In this document: in pieces, positions 9,329 to 19,321 of the stretch | Layout: each line of letters begins with the position of its first letter | Numbering within the stretch: position 1 is the stretch's first letter | Virus record (IMG/VR): IMGVR_UViG_2540341129_000004 | DNA from: an uncultured virus (IMG/VR IMGVR_UViG_2540341129_000004) | Taxonomy: Duplodnaviria > Heunggongvirae > Uroviricota > Caudoviricetes | Length of the DNA stretch: 64,000 nt | Strand: one strand, 5' to 3' | The notes under the pieces: model-generated | Databases searched by the model: none | Seen by the model: only the letters and a program-made list of their open reading frames with translations | Told to the model about the DNA's origin: nothing | Program-made: the position numbers and the translations under genes

Positions 9329-10387
9329 ATGGAAGCTCAAAAGAAAGCGTCAACACTAAGGGATTATTCAATATACAATAACATAAATAGGTGGTTTGAT
9401 GAATTAGATTTAAGAAACAGGGATCGAGAAACTGGAGAAATTGAAAAGTCTAATACTAGAGCCACGTATGAAAGGCATGTAAGGGAGTTTTTCAACCACT
9501 ATGCTGCCAAGGATATTGAATATTTAACTGAGAGTGACCTGGCGATTAAGAAGAGTGACCTGTATGATTATCGAACCCATTTGGCTAAAAATAAAAGCAA
9601 CTCCAATTCAACAATTAACAATAAGATTGCCGCACTGAAAAGTATGATTAAGTACCTTGAATCTGAACATGAGTGTGATGCATCTGTATTTAATTTTAGA
9701 CCTCTTCCAACAGAAAAGAACCCAGCAGGCTCTTTTGAAGGAATATCTGAAGCTGATGAATTTGCTGAGGTAGCGTATGTTACTGAGCGTCAGAACAGAT
9801 TAATGAAAAAGATGTTTATTTTGTTTAGTGCACGTACTGGTGGGCGTAAATCAGAGGTGCTTAGAGTTGGGTGGGATGATATTACTTATTCAGAAAAGCA
9901 CCAATGCTATCTCGTCAACTTTAAAAAAACTAAGCAAAAAAAGGCTAGACCAGTTGGGATTTCCACTGCTTTTTATGAAGAGTTGTTGCTGTTAAAGCAA
10001 GAGTATGGGGAACATGAGCTTTTATTTCATAAGTTAACAGTTGATTCAATACAGGATATGTGGAATCGCGTATGTAGAGTTATGGGCATTCCCAAAGAAA
10101 GAAAGATAACTCCGCATAGTTTACGCAATACTGCAACAAACTTTTCTTACAGCGTTAATGGTGATATTAAAAAAGTGGCAGCGTTCTCTGGCCACAGTAA
10201 TATCAATACTTTAAATGACCATTATTTAGTCAATGAAAGGGATTATTCTCAAGATCCAGGGGTTTTGGTTGATCAAAAAGAAGACATGTCCTTTTTAGAT
10301 GATGTTACCTTAGAGCAATATAAAGAATTCTTTTTAAAATCAGACATGTATATACAGAGTAAACTTAAAATGTTTTTGAACAAGTGA
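9329..10387 (+). CDS. yopP: Tyrosine recombinase-family protein YopP/SroD
   Basis: TGGRKSE, K, HSLR, GH and terminal Y (DHY) catalytic set present. Confidence 0.85.
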   Translation: MEAQKKASTLRDYSIYNNINRWFDELDLRNRDRETGEIEKSNTRATYERHVREFFNHYAAKDIEYLTESDLAIKKSDLYDYRTHLAKNKSNSNSTINNKIAALKSMIKYLESEHECDASVFNFRPLPTEKNPAGSFEGISEADEFAEVAYVTERQNRLMKKMFILFSARTGGRKSEVLRVGWDDITYSEKHQCYLVNFKKTKQKKARPVGISTAFYEELLLLKQEYGEHELLFHKLTVDSIQDMWNRVCRVMGIPKERKITPHSLRNTATNFSYSVNGDIKKVAAFSGHSNINTLNDHYLVNERDYSQDPGVLVDQKEDMSFLDDVTLEQYKEFFLKSDMYIQSKLKMFLNK

Positions 10388-10463
10388 TATAAATAATCAC
10401 ATAAAAGCTTTACTTGCTTATGAAAATAATGATAAATTTAATATGATTATGTGAGGTGATAAT

Positions 10464-11813
10464 GTGTCTGAAGTTTTGTTAACAACGGATAAACTTTATA
10501 AGTTAAAAACTGAAATAGAGAAAAATCTTATTGATATTAAAAGTGATTCCAATATGGTGAAGGAATTAAAAGCCACAATGGCGGACAAATACAAGGCACT
10601 CCCTGGTTATATCCAAGAAATTTTAAATAATAATGATAACAACGTACAGCGTTTAAACGAAAAAGAAGTGTACATTGTTTCAAAAGAGATGTATTCAATT
10701 CTTGGGGCTCCAGCTTTAGATCCCTCAAATTATTTTCCAACCAGATTGGCAAAAGAGCTTGAAGGTGGGAGAGTATTCGCCGGTGAAGAAGTAGTTAAGC
10801 TACCATACAAGTTCAAAAATGTGATTAAAATTAAAGAGGATAACTATGTCACTTCCATTACTGCCAAGGAACTTAGTGAGTTATATAATAGCTCCATCCT
10901 GCAGTACAATTACAATACTCAGCGTGAAGGAAAATACATTAAGGGCAGCCTTATCCCTGTACCTAAAACAAACCCTAAATCAGTTGATGAGATCAAAGAA
11001 TTGTTTATTAAAGGCGATTTAATTGTATCAATGTTAACTTTTAACGCTCGTCTTGGAACATCTGATGGTGATGAAGAAGTTGAATATGATCCAAGCGACC
11101 AAACCCTCACTGTAACACGAGGAACCTTATTAGATGCTCTTGATGGATATCATCGAATTTCAGGTATTGTTAAGGCCATTGCTGAAGTCCCTGAATTAGA
11201 TCAACCATTCATTTTAAATGTGCTCAATTACGATGAAGAAAAGGCTAAGGTTCACTTTGCTCAAATGAATACCATAAACCCAGTTGAAAAATCCAGAATT
11301 GAAGAATTGGGACAAAAACGGTATTCTTCAACCGTTGTCGAGCAGCTGAAATTTAAAAGTGAACTTAAAAATAAAATAAGTCCACAAAGTGAAATTGGTA
11401 TCGATAGCAATTTCCTTGTAACATATTATACTTTATCAGAAGCTATAGACGATGCATTTGAGCTGAAATCTCGAAAAGATGCGTTGAAAATTGCGAAATA
11501 CTTGGTAGACTTTTTTGATAACCTTTTTTATGCCTTCCCAGACGAATTTCTTGAAGATGATTTATCGTCCATTAGAAAGCAATCATACATTAATCATAAC
11601 GTAATGTTTTACGGTTATGTTTATTTGGCCAAGAAGATGAAGGAAAACAATGTAGAACTAAACAAGCTTGAAAATATCCTTAATACGATTGACTTTAGTA
11701 AAAGCGGAAGAGTGTTTGAAGAATTAGGAAGACAAAATAATGAGAATCAACTAAAGAATATTATGAAGAAGAAACTTAAGCGAATGTTTTATGATGAAAT
11801 TGCTGTTGTTTAA
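10464..11813 (+). CDS. yopQ: YopQ/SroE, DndB/ParB-like DGxHR protein
   Basis: LDGYHR motif; synteny. Confidence 0.8.
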   Translation: MSEVLLTTDKLYKLKTEIEKNLIDIKSDSNMVKELKATMADKYKALPGYIQEILNNNDNNVQRLNEKEVYIVSKEMYSILGAPALDPSNYFPTRLAKELEGGRVFAGEEVVKLPYKFKNVIKIKEDNYVTSITAKELSELYNSSILQYNYNTQREGKYIKGSLIPVPKTNPKSVDEIKELFIKGDLIVSMLTFNARLGTSDGDEEVEYDPSDQTLTVTRGTLLDALDGYHRISGIVKAIAEVPELDQPFILNVLNYDEEKAKVHFAQMNTINPVEKSRIEELGQKRYSSTVVEQLKFKSELKNKISPQSEIGIDSNFLVTYYTLSEAIDDAFELKSRKDALKIAKYLVDFFDNLFYAFPDEFLEDDLSSIRKQSYINHNVMFYGYVYLAKKMKENNVELNKLENILNTIDFSKSGRVFEELGRQNNENQLKNIMKKKLKRMFYDEIAVV

Positions 11814-11833
11814 AGCCTAAAGGAGAATTTAAT

Positions 11834-12817
11834 ATGAGTGAAATATATAATGCTGAATTGAAGGAAAAGTTTTTAGAGAAATACGAAAGTGAAGCAACAA
11901 GAAACCATTATTGGCTAAGGCTAAGGGATTTCTCAGCTACAGAAAAAATACTTCAAAAAGACATATTTAATTTTTCTTTGGAAGAGCTGCGTACGTTATT
12001 TTTCGATTTGGATAGCAAATCTATAGACTCATTAAGAGGAGCACGAGCTGTAATTGGACAATACACAACCTGGGCAATGGAAAATGGCTTGGCAAACAGT
12101 AACATCAACAAAGTGTATCAGATACAGGATGGTGACTTAAAGCAGTTTATAGATAAAAACAAAAAAACACTATTCACCAATAAAGAAGTAGAAGAGTATG
12201 TTGATTTTATGATTAATTATCAGGATAAGGCCATGATACAGGCTATTTATGAAGGTATAGATGGTTATCAGCATTCAGAGTTACTGAATTTAACAGGTGA
12301 CGATTTACTCGATGATAACAAGGTAAAGCTAGTAGATGATAAACATGGTGTAAGAATAATTACTGTAAGCGATAAATGTTATGAGTTACTTAAGCGTGCT
12401 AATGACCAAAGAACATATCATCTTAGCAATGGTTCGCCAGATAGTAGCCTTAAAAACAAATTTGCCACATTAGTTAAAAGCGAAAATATTTTTAGGCTAA
12501 AATATAAGAGCTCTAATCAGAGTATGAAAGCTGACAAATTTTTAGTTCATCGTTCTTTTAGTCAGTTTCAAAAATTTTTAGAAGAACCCTTCTTTACACC
12601 TAAAAATCTTATCAATTCAGGAAAGCTCAACATGGCGTATGCGATATATAAAGAGAAGGGTGAATTAAAAGTACCTGATTATAAACAAATAACTCGACAA
12701 TATGGGTTCTTGAATGAAGACTCGGAGTTTAATTCACAAACACTGAGGAAAGTAGTGAATATGGAGAACTTAGAAAAATATTGTGTCAAGTCTGAAGTAA
12801 TTGAGACTAATTCTTAA
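11834..12817 (+). CDS. yopR: Master repressor YopR/MrpR (catalytically degenerate integrase fold)
   Basis: 327 aa integrase-like protein lacking the R and HxxR residues ([14 protein letters not shown]); synteny. Confidence 0.85.
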   Translation: MSEIYNAELKEKFLEKYESEATRNHYWLRLRDFSATEKILQKDIFNFSLEELRTLFFDLDSKSIDSLRGARAVIGQYTTWAMENGLANSNINKVYQIQDGDLKQFIDKNKKTLFTNKEVEEYVDFMINYQDKAMIQAIYEGIDGYQHSELLNLTGDDLLDDNKVKLVDDKHGVRIITVSDKCYELLKRANDQRTYHLSNGSPDSSLKNKFATLVKSENIFRLKYKSSNQSMKADKFLVHRSFSQFQKFLEEPFFTPKNLINSGKLNMAYAIYKEKGELKVPDYKQITRQYGFLNEDSEFNSQTLRKVVNMENLEKYCVKSEVIETNS

Positions 12818-12840
12818 TCCCTGTTACAGGGATTAACTTT
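12814..12840 (+). terminator. Terminator after yopR
   Basis: TTAATCCCTG-tta-CAGGGATTAA followed by CTTT. Confidence 0.7.
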
Positions 12841-13037
12841 ACATAACTTTCAGAGTAAAAATAAAACAAATGTGAGTTAACTCGTGGTATTTTTAAAAAA
12901 ATATCAGGATTTTGTTCATATTTTTCAGAATTCGACAAAGTTAGACAGAGACAAATTTGTACATATGCAGTAAAATAGTTCTATACACTAAAAAGGGTAC
13001 AAGGAGGTTCGCTAGGTCAAACTCCCTAGCGATTAAG

Positions 13038-13259
13038 TCAATGTTTGATTTTCCATTCATAGAGGTCTTCAATCGAACAGTTTAGGGCAATAGCAATGAT
13101 TCTCGCTGTTTTTATATTCATAGAAGGTCTAACGCCATTAGCGTAATCACTTAACCTTTGCTTACTGATGCCTGTTAGGTTCGAAAGTTGCCCTAGGGAC
13201 ATTCCTCTACGTTCAAGGAGAATGGATATCAAACATTGTCCGATTTCAACCTCAAGCAT
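13038..13259 (-). CDS. yopS: YopS XRE-type HTH regulator
   Basis: LGQLSNLTGISKQRLSDYANG...IAIALNCSIEDLY; SD AGGAGG. Confidence 0.85.
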   Translation of the reverse strand: MLEVEIGQCLISILLERRGMSLGQLSNLTGISKQRLSDYANGVRPSMNIKTARIIAIALNCSIEDLYEWKIKH

Positions 13260-13336
13260 CGGACAACCTCCTGATATAGTATTGCTTATCATACTATATC
13301 AATTCTTTCCAAGTTTTTAAATGAAAGAAAAAAGAT

Positions 13337-13395
13337 TTGCCACTAACTAGGTAAAAGGTTATAATTAAGTCAACAAAAAAGGGAACGTAGGTTCG
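13337..13395 (+). promoter_or_regulatory. SigA promoter with downstream LexA (SOS) box
   Basis: TTGCCA-17nt-TATAAT (13337-13365); GGAAC-GTAG-GTTCG (13382-13395). Confidence 0.7.
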
Positions 13396-13424
13396 GTTAA
13401 TTACTACCAGAGAGAGGGAAACGT

Positions 13425-13724
13425 ATGTCAGAAAAGGATTATTTCATTCAAGGGGAGCTGTGCATACCTTTTTTCGGCAGAATAAAAGCCAAGAATGAAG
13501 AGGAAGCACTTTTGTTCGCATATCAATCAATTAAAAAGAAATTAAGAAATAAAACAGGGAAAATGGGGTTTCTTCAAAAAGATCAAGAAAAATATGAGGC
13601 ACTATTTGATGTAGATATCATGTGTACAGAGGATGCTGAATTAACAACCTCTTATGCCGAAGAAATAGACGATTCGTTTGAAAATGAGGATTATAAATCT
13701 TCACAATTGTTATCATCGAAGTAA
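13425..13724 (+). CDS. Hypothetical protein
   Basis: ORF with SD. Confidence 0.65.
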   Translation: MSEKDYFIQGELCIPFFGRIKAKNEEEALLFAYQSIKKKLRNKTGKMGFLQKDQEKYEALFDVDIMCTEDAELTTSYAEEIDDSFENEDYKSSQLLSSK

Positions 13725-13798
13725 AAATACATACACATCTTGTCAGTCATCATGAGACATAAAAAATTGGTGACTTTTTAGTCAGACTGGAGCATACA

Positions 13799-14044
13799 AT
13801 GGATTTTAATCTTGAAATTGACTTGAAAGACATTATGAGATCAGTTTCCATGAGTGTTGGTTCTAAGAACATCCAAAGTGGAGAGTACTACATAGACATT
13901 ATTTTTAAAAACAATGGGGATTGTTTGAGGATTAGAATGGATCATGCTTCAGTTTTAGAATTTAGAGATAAAATAAATGAAACTCTTTGGAAATTGGATG
14001 GCATGAAGACGTATATGAAGACAGCAGCTTTACAGTATGAGTAA
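13799..14044 (+). CDS. Hypothetical protein
   Basis: ORF with SD. Confidence 0.65.
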   Translation: MDFNLEIDLKDIMRSVSMSVGSKNIQSGEYYIDIIFKNNGDCLRIRMDHASVLEFRDKINETLWKLDGMKTYMKTAALQYE

Positions 14045-14068
14045 AGCTGATTTTTTTAAAATTATTTA

Positions 14069-14117
14069 GAGTAAAAATAAAATAAGTATTTACAACATAT
14101 GGTTAAGGTTATATAAT
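14069..14117 (+). promoter_or_regulatory. SigA promoter with SPBRE-like box
   Basis: GAGTAAAAATAAAAT, then TTTACA-17nt-TATAAT. Confidence 0.7.
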
Positions 14118-14152
14118 CGAATTAGAATCAGGAAAGGAGATCGCTTTAATTA

Positions 14153-14377
14153 TTGATTAATGAACCAACTAACAATCAAATAAGAACTATGGTTTTAAGG
14201 AAATATGTAAAGCTTTTAGCATCATGTGAAAGGTCTTTACGCAGCATAGAGAATAATGAAATCAGAATGGCAATTGGAGACCTGGACTTTGTTAAAGACA
14301 ATTTAGAGGAAATACAATACATACTTCGTGATGTTGTGAATCAGAATGAATATTTCAAGAGTAAAAATAAAATGTAA
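14153..14377 (+). CDS. Hypothetical protein
   Basis: ORF, SD AAAGGAG upstream. Confidence 0.6.
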   Translation: MINEPTNNQIRTMVLRKYVKLLASCERSLRSIENNEIRMAIGDLDFVKDNLEEIQYILRDVVNQNEYFKSKNKM

Positions 14378-14412
14378 GTTTTATTTAGAATTTAAATTAA
14401 GGAGGACACAGA

Positions 14413-14595
14413 TTGAATAGATTAAATGGACTGATTACAGATAAATACGGTGATGCAATGTATAGAAGTGGTTTTTGTATAACCATTGAAGAGAATTCAA
14501 ATTCTAATATGATAACGGCCGATTTCACATTGAATAAAAGTCACCTTCCGTTTTTAAAAGATATTGTAAAAGACTTAGAGGAGGGTACAGAGTGA
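14413..14595 (+). CDS. Hypothetical protein
   Basis: ORF with SD AAGGAGG. Confidence 0.6.
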   Translation: MNRLNGLITDKYGDAMYRSGFCITIEENSNSNMITADFTLNKSHLPFLKDIVKDLEEGTE

Positions 14596-14807
14596 GTGAG
14601 CCAAAATTTAAGGGATTTGTGGTCTATCGTAAACGTAAGACGGATGGAAAGTTAATACCGTTTTACAGTTTCAAATATGACGATATTGAAAGCATTACTG
14701 ACATAGAAGACGGGTGCAAAGTATCGTTCAAAAATGGCGATTCATTCGTTACGAAAGGTACGGCAGTAGAGTATAAGAAAAAGATCGGATGGGAGGGTTC
14801 GGAGTGA
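14592..14807 (+). CDS. Hypothetical protein
   Basis: Translationally coupled ORF. Confidence 0.6.
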   Translation: MSEPKFKGFVVYRKRKTDGKLIPFYSFKYDDIESITDIEDGCKVSFKNGDSFVTKGTAVEYKKKIGWEGSE

Positions 14808-14980
14808 TGAACATGAAAAGGAAGCCAGCACGTGTTTTTGATACAAGAAACAACGTCACATTTTTCACAGGGACAGAATGGGAATGTATGGAGTTTGCAT
14901 TAAAAAATTATCCTCGTGAAGAATTTCCTCATGTTTTAGTCGGTGTAAATGATGAAGATGAAGGGGAGGGTACGGAGTGA
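14807..14980 (+). CDS. Hypothetical protein
   Basis: Translationally coupled ORF. Confidence 0.55.
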   Translation: MNMKRKPARVFDTRNNVTFFTGTEWECMEFALKNYPREEFPHVLVGVNDEDEGEGTE

Positions 14981-15466
14981 CTGATATAGCACCATGTATC
15001 CAATGCGGAAAGATGACGAGTGTAGATATAACCATGTGCTGTGATGGCTACATGTGCGGATGTAAGGGGCTTCCCATTCACCCGCCCTTATGTGAAGAGT
15101 GTGAGAAGACATTTTTTAAGCACGGAATGAAGGAATTTCACTTACACAAATATCCTGTGACATCAGTTGAAGGTAATGAGTATGCCGTTAGCATTTATAA
15201 CGATAGATACTCAAAAGGTTTTGTCAAAGTATCTTTATATAAAAAGGTACGCGGTTTTTTCAGAAAAGAAAAGTTTAAGTGTCTTACAAGAGAAGGAGAT
15301 TTTGCTCCAAGTTATTTCGAAGCAAAGTGGGATTACAATTACATACAGATGGCAATCAATGAAGAAGTCATTATCTATGAAAATTCCCATACAGGAGCAA
15401 ATTAATCATGAAAATAAACAAAAGGCAGCCATAGAGAAATTTGAAGCATGGAGTGAACAAGAATAA
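14977..15466 (+). pseudogene. Cys-rich N-terminus fused to a phage protein, frameshifted near 15385
   Basis: ...MAINEEVIIYENS continues plausibly as IQEQINHENKQKAAIEKFEAW in another frame. Confidence 0.45.
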
Positions 15467-15584
15467 CCTTATAAGTTTAACCGGTTAAAAGATGCATTTT
15501 AAAGTGTTTCAAGGGGAGTGATGAAATTGGAAAAAGGATGATTTGAAAAAAGCACTTGAATACAAATTAACGGGAGGTAAAACG

Positions 15585-15842
15585 ATGAAAATTATTAACG
15601 TTTACGGAGACGGAGATTGTGCAGCGTTGTTTATTGAGGATGAGTATGGGATTGAACGTGCCTATAAAGAAGCGGTTACAAACGGCGGAAAAGTAAGCAT
15701 TGAAGGGGACGATCATCAACAGGTTTACGTTGAGGTTCTGGAATTTGGCGCTGTTGACGAAAAATTTATCGCTTATATTCGAGATAAGCAAGATGACGAC
15801 ATGGCTAAGGACAGCAACTTTTTCGTTATTGATGAGTCGTAA
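15585..15842 (+). CDS. Hypothetical protein
   Basis: ORF with SD GGGAGG. Confidence 0.65.
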   Translation: MKIINVYGDGDCAALFIEDEYGIERAYKEAVTNGGKVSIEGDDHQQVYVEVLEFGAVDEKFIAYIRDKQDDDMAKDSNFFVIDES

Positions 15843-15968
15843 TAAATCCGATAACTAAATCAACTCTGTGTAAAAGTTGCGAAGGAATGCTTGATCACAG
15901 TGTTGCGGGCAATGTCCCTTGGAGAGAGCAGTTTGGATAAAAATAAAAAATAAAAAGGTTGATAGAAT

Positions 15969-16154
15969 GTGCAAAAAATGCTTTGTGCTTGTAAAGATGA
16001 ATTAACACAACATGATTATTTAGTTGATCATAATAGATTTGAAGAAGGGTATCTATGTCTGGATTGCAGTACATTTAAACTCCTAGATGCCAATGGTGAA
16101 TTTGATGTTTTGAAGCACTATAAACTAATGAAGTTCACAGCCAGTGACAATTGA
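15969..16154 (+). CDS. Small Cys-containing protein
   Basis: CAC...CLDC. Confidence 0.5.
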   Translation: MQKMLCACKDELTQHDYLVDHNRFEEGYLCLDCSTFKLLDANGEFDVLKHYKLMKFTASDN

Positions 16155-16247
16155 TTACCTACATAAATACATAGACATTGATGAACGTACACAATTCATA
16201 AACTTTATAGAAGTAAAATTTCATTGACATAGAAAGGAAGAGATTTT

Positions 16248-16454
16248 TTGACACATTACAAGTACATTTGCAGAACTGGCTGCGGCCATACCACTATTAT
16301 TGATAAATTTTATAAGAGACAGAGAGCGTTTTGTGGAATATGCGGGACTCGTTCAACAATGGAGTACATGGGTGAGGTTGAACTTAAAGAGGATTCCTTA
16401 GAATTAAGCATTGAAAAGAGATTAAGCACTATTCAAAACAACTTGAACGATTAG
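16248..16454 (+). CDS. Small Zn-ribbon protein
   Basis: CRTGCGH...CGICG; SD AAAGGA. Confidence 0.55.
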   Translation: MTHYKYICRTGCGHTTIIDKFYKRQRAFCGICGTRSTMEYMGEVELKEDSLELSIEKRLSTIQNNLND

Positions 16455-16598
16455 CAAGCTTGAATACGGAGGACGGCGAAGAAATCTTAAAGGATAAGCT
16501 GTTTGAAATTGATCAGATTTCAACAGATATAAACGAGTGGTGTAAAACCATTTTAGGAGATATGTAAAATTGAAAATTTTAATGGAAAGAGGAGCTAT

Positions 16599-16901
16599 AT
16601 GAGAAGATATCAAACACAGGAACAAGTTGCATTAAACTTCTTGCTTTCAGAGGCCAAAGAAGAGCTTAGATTATGTGAGGAAAGAATCGAGTTTCATGCA
16701 AAACATAGAGAGTATGCTCTCATGAGGATGGAGAAAGAAATTGAGGCAAAGGCAAATGCGAAAATTGAAAAATTATCTTCGTTGCTTGAGATGGGAAGAG
16801 AGTCTTGGTCAAACTTACCTTCTCTTTTACAAATTGGAATAGTGAACACTGAGGGAGAATCTGTAATTCAAGAAGAGCGTTTTTCTGAAGAAATTGAATG
16901 A
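16599..16901 (+). CDS. Hypothetical protein
   Basis: ORF with SD GAGGAG. Confidence 0.65.
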   Translation: MRRYQTQEQVALNFLLSEAKEELRLCEERIEFHAKHREYALMRMEKEIEAKANAKIEKLSSLLEMGRESWSNLPSLLQIGIVNTEGESVIQEERFSEEIE

Positions 16902-16936
16902 AGTTGAAGTTTTAAAGAAAAAGGAGCTGTTTTAAA

Positions 16937-17173
16937 GTGAAAGATATCCGTGTGATATATGACAGAAACAAAACTTTGGAAGCGGTCGTTGTCCAGTTTG
17001 GAGATTATATGTGTGAGCTAACAGATTCACAAGTAATTGATGAAGAAAATCAAGAATTTGATGTACTTAATGATGAATATCAAGGAACTTGGAAATATGA
17101 AAATGGAGAACACTGCGAAGTCGAAATTTATGATGGTGTAGACAAGTGGGTCTGTCAAGCATTCTTACACTGA
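16937..17173 (+). CDS. Hypothetical protein
   Basis: ORF with SD AAGGAG. Confidence 0.6.
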   Translation: MKDIRVIYDRNKTLEAVVVQFGDYMCELTDSQVIDEENQEFDVLNDEYQGTWKYENGEHCEVEIYDGVDKWVCQAFLH

Positions 17174-17191
17174 ATAAAAAGGATTATTTCA

Positions 17192-17386
17192 TTGAAAGGA
17201 GGAAGGCACATAGGCTATTTAAAGCACATAATTGATACAGCTTGGTTTAACTTAGTTTGGTTTAAATGGCATCTTGGAGCGGATATAAGCATATTTGATG
17301 GCTGCGGATGGAATACATATAAATATTTAAAGGGTAAAAATAAAATAAGTGGAGGTTATAAGGGTGATAAAAAGGAATCTACTTAG
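17192..17386 (+). CDS. Hypothetical protein (SD position suggests ATA start at 17210)
   Basis: SD AAAGGAGG lies inside the called ORF, 7 nt before an in-frame ATA. Confidence 0.45.
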   Translation: MKGGRHIGYLKHIIDTAWFNLVWFKWHLGADISIFDGCGWNTYKYLKGKNKISGGYKGDKKEST

Positions 17387-17579
17387 CAACCACGTTGATG
17401 AGATTATTGGTGAATATTACGCTGGAAAAGGATATTCAGTCCATAGCATTGAACGCCAGGAAAATGGACAACTGATCGTAGTTACGGAGCGAGCAGCAGA
17501 GGAGAAACAACCGGTAAAAGTTGATATTGCTTTTGATTTTGTACATAGAAGACCACATAAGAAGAAGTATTTAGCTTAA
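17364..17579 (+). CDS. Hypothetical protein (YoqN-like position)
   Basis: GTG after GGAGG. Confidence 0.6.
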   Translation: MIKRNLLSNHVDEIIGEYYAGKGYSVHSIERQENGQLIVVTERAAEEKQPVKVDIAFDFVHRRPHKKKYLA

Positions 17580-17592
17580 AAAAGGCAAAGAG

Positions 17593-17967
17593 TCAAAGCT
17601 CTTTACCGTTAGGTGATTTCCTTAACCGATTCGCAATGTACTTCATTACGTTTACTGCAATCGACACTAATGCAATAATCAATGCTATTTCAAATAAGAG
17701 GATGTATCCAAAATTCACATTAAGCTTTTCAAAGTACTCGCTGGTAATAGAGAGGATTTTATAAATCCCTACCATAAAAACAATAAAGGAAACTCCTAAA
17801 ATTACAAGTGACTTTTTAGAATAATCTTTAGTATGTTCAAAATTATAAATCATTATTGATAAAAATAACAAACCCGTAGCAATCTTGTGGGATAGCGAAT
17901 CATCGGCCGAAAATGATTGCACTACTATACTGATGATTAATCCAGTAATACCGATTGTTTTATTCAA
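17593..17967 (-). CDS. yoqO: YoqO-like membrane protein
   Basis: 124 aa, four hydrophobic segments, antisense orientation as recalled for SPbeta. Confidence 0.65.
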   Translation of the reverse strand: MNKTIGITGLIISIVVQSFSADDSLSHKIATGLLFLSIMIYNFEHTKDYSKKSLVILGVSFIVFMVGIYKILSITSEYFEKLNVNFGYILLFEIALIIALVSIAVNVMKYIANRLRKSPNGKEL

Positions 17968-18086
17968 GGAATCACCCACTCGTATGTAAGTTAGGTATGA
18001 GTTTACCAATTAAAGGGGATTTTCTCAAGGCAATAAACATTAAAGTTAAATTAGAATCGTGATTTAAACGGAATAGGAGGAAGCAA

Positions 18087-18299
18087 ATGAGTATCTTAGA
18101 TCACCTTAAATCAAAGAATGAAAAGATTGAAGCTTTAAAGGAGGAAATGTATGAGTTGAAACATGAATTGGATGGAGCTGAAACTACCTATAACAATAAC
18201 AACGCCACTATTGTACACGTTGATTGGGAAGGTAAGGCTGTATTATTGAACATTGACGATGGAAAAGAAGAATGGGAAGAGTGGATTTCTTTTGAATAA
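18087..18299 (+). CDS. Hypothetical protein
   Basis: SD AGGAGG. Confidence 0.65.
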   Translation: MSILDHLKSKNEKIEALKEEMYELKHELDGAETTYNNNNATIVHVDWEGKAVLLNIDDGKEEWEEWISFE

Positions 18300-18317
18300 A
18301 TATAAGGAGGTGCGGAT

Positions 18318-18566
18318 GTGAAATACAAAACGAAGCCTGTTTCGGTTGAAGCTGTTAAATGGACAGGGACAATAAGGTCTTTTTTAAAAATTTCAATTTT
18401 CTGCGGTAGTAAAAGGAATGTAAAACAATATTGTGAAAAACTCTATGTTAAGACTCTTGAGGGTGATGTGATGGCATCAATTGGCGACTACATCATCAAA
18501 GACGTTGATGGAGAGTTTTACCCTTGCAGCCCAGAAATATTGAACAGATATTTTGAAGAAATTTAG
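18318..18566 (+). CDS. Conserved phage protein (KPV.VEA...TLEG...GDYII...YPC family)
   Basis: Recognisable motif of widespread small phage proteins. Confidence 0.7.
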   Translation: MKYKTKPVSVEAVKWTGTIRSFLKISIFCGSKRNVKQYCEKLYVKTLEGDVMASIGDYIIKDVDGEFYPCSPEILNRYFEEI

Positions 18567-18607
18567 TTGAAAGATAGTTTTCAAAGTGAAAATGGGGGGA
18601 AGTAACA

Positions 18608-18970
18608 ATGAAAAAATTTGAAGAAATCATTAAGCAAAAATCAGTACTCCTGAACGAATGGGAAGGAAAAGAAAAGGTTGACGTTTTGTCAGACTTTGAA
18701 GAAAAAGAAACTGATGTAAACATTCTGTTTGCCTCTTATGATGGCGACATTTGTGAAGGGCACGCTTGGGTTCTATTTGAAGAGAGAGGGAAATTGTTCG
18801 AGGTTAATGGTTCCCACTGTTCATGCCACGGTTTAGAAGATCAGTGGGAACCTGAAGAGGTTGCTCTCAATGTTTTGGAACACAGGTTGATGAATGGAAC
18901 ATTTGGAGAACCGGATTTTAAGGAAGAGCTATGTGACTTTTTGGGTGTTGAATTTAAATTAAACCGATAG
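18608..18970 (+). CDS. Conserved phage protein (GSHCSC motif)
   Basis: LFEVNGSHCSCHGLEDQW. Confidence 0.7.
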   Translation: MKKFEEIIKQKSVLLNEWEGKEKVDVLSDFEEKETDVNILFASYDGDICEGHAWVLFEERGKLFEVNGSHCSCHGLEDQWEPEEVALNVLEHRLMNGTFGEPDFKEELCDFLGVEFKLNR

Positions 18971-19023
18971 GAGATCGCTATCTAGCGCTGCAACCATAAA
19001 GATAACGATCATATAAGAGAATA

Positions 19024-19176
19024 TCAATCTCTATATTGGCGTCTTTTCTCGAAATAATCCGGATACTTATTCTGCTTTGATCTGGATTTAAATACAAACC
19101 AAATTACAGCTCCTAGTGAATAATCCATGACTTTATCAAAAATCCAAGTTATGAAAAGATCCATTAGAATTTTCAT
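19024..19176 (-). CDS. 50-aa small membrane protein
   Basis: MKILMDLFITWIFDKVMDYSLGAVIWFVFKSRSKQNKYPDYFEKRRQYRD with SD AGGAGGTGA; not in the ORF track. Confidence 0.6.
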   Translation of the reverse strand: MKILMDLFITWIFDKVMDYSLGAVIWFVFKSRSKQNKYPDYFEKRRQYRD

Positions 19177-19321
19177 TACCTTTCACCTCCTGAGACAAAA
19201 ATGTCCTATCTCTCTTAGATGGCATGTGTATGACACGCATCTATTAATAAAAGAGTGAAAAGCAATATGAAAATCAAAAAAAAGAATTGAAAAAAACATA
19301 AAAAATATAGAGGTGGAGTAA

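Noticed and set aside
9329..12817. yopP/yopR as the prophage integrase with a nearby att site
   Set aside because: They lie in the internal repression operon, SPbeta-type integration uses a serine recombinase elsewhere, and no host junction is present in the window.
12931..12937. Spo0A box TTCGACA
   Set aside because: A single 7-mer is expected by chance in 64 kb and has no supporting context.
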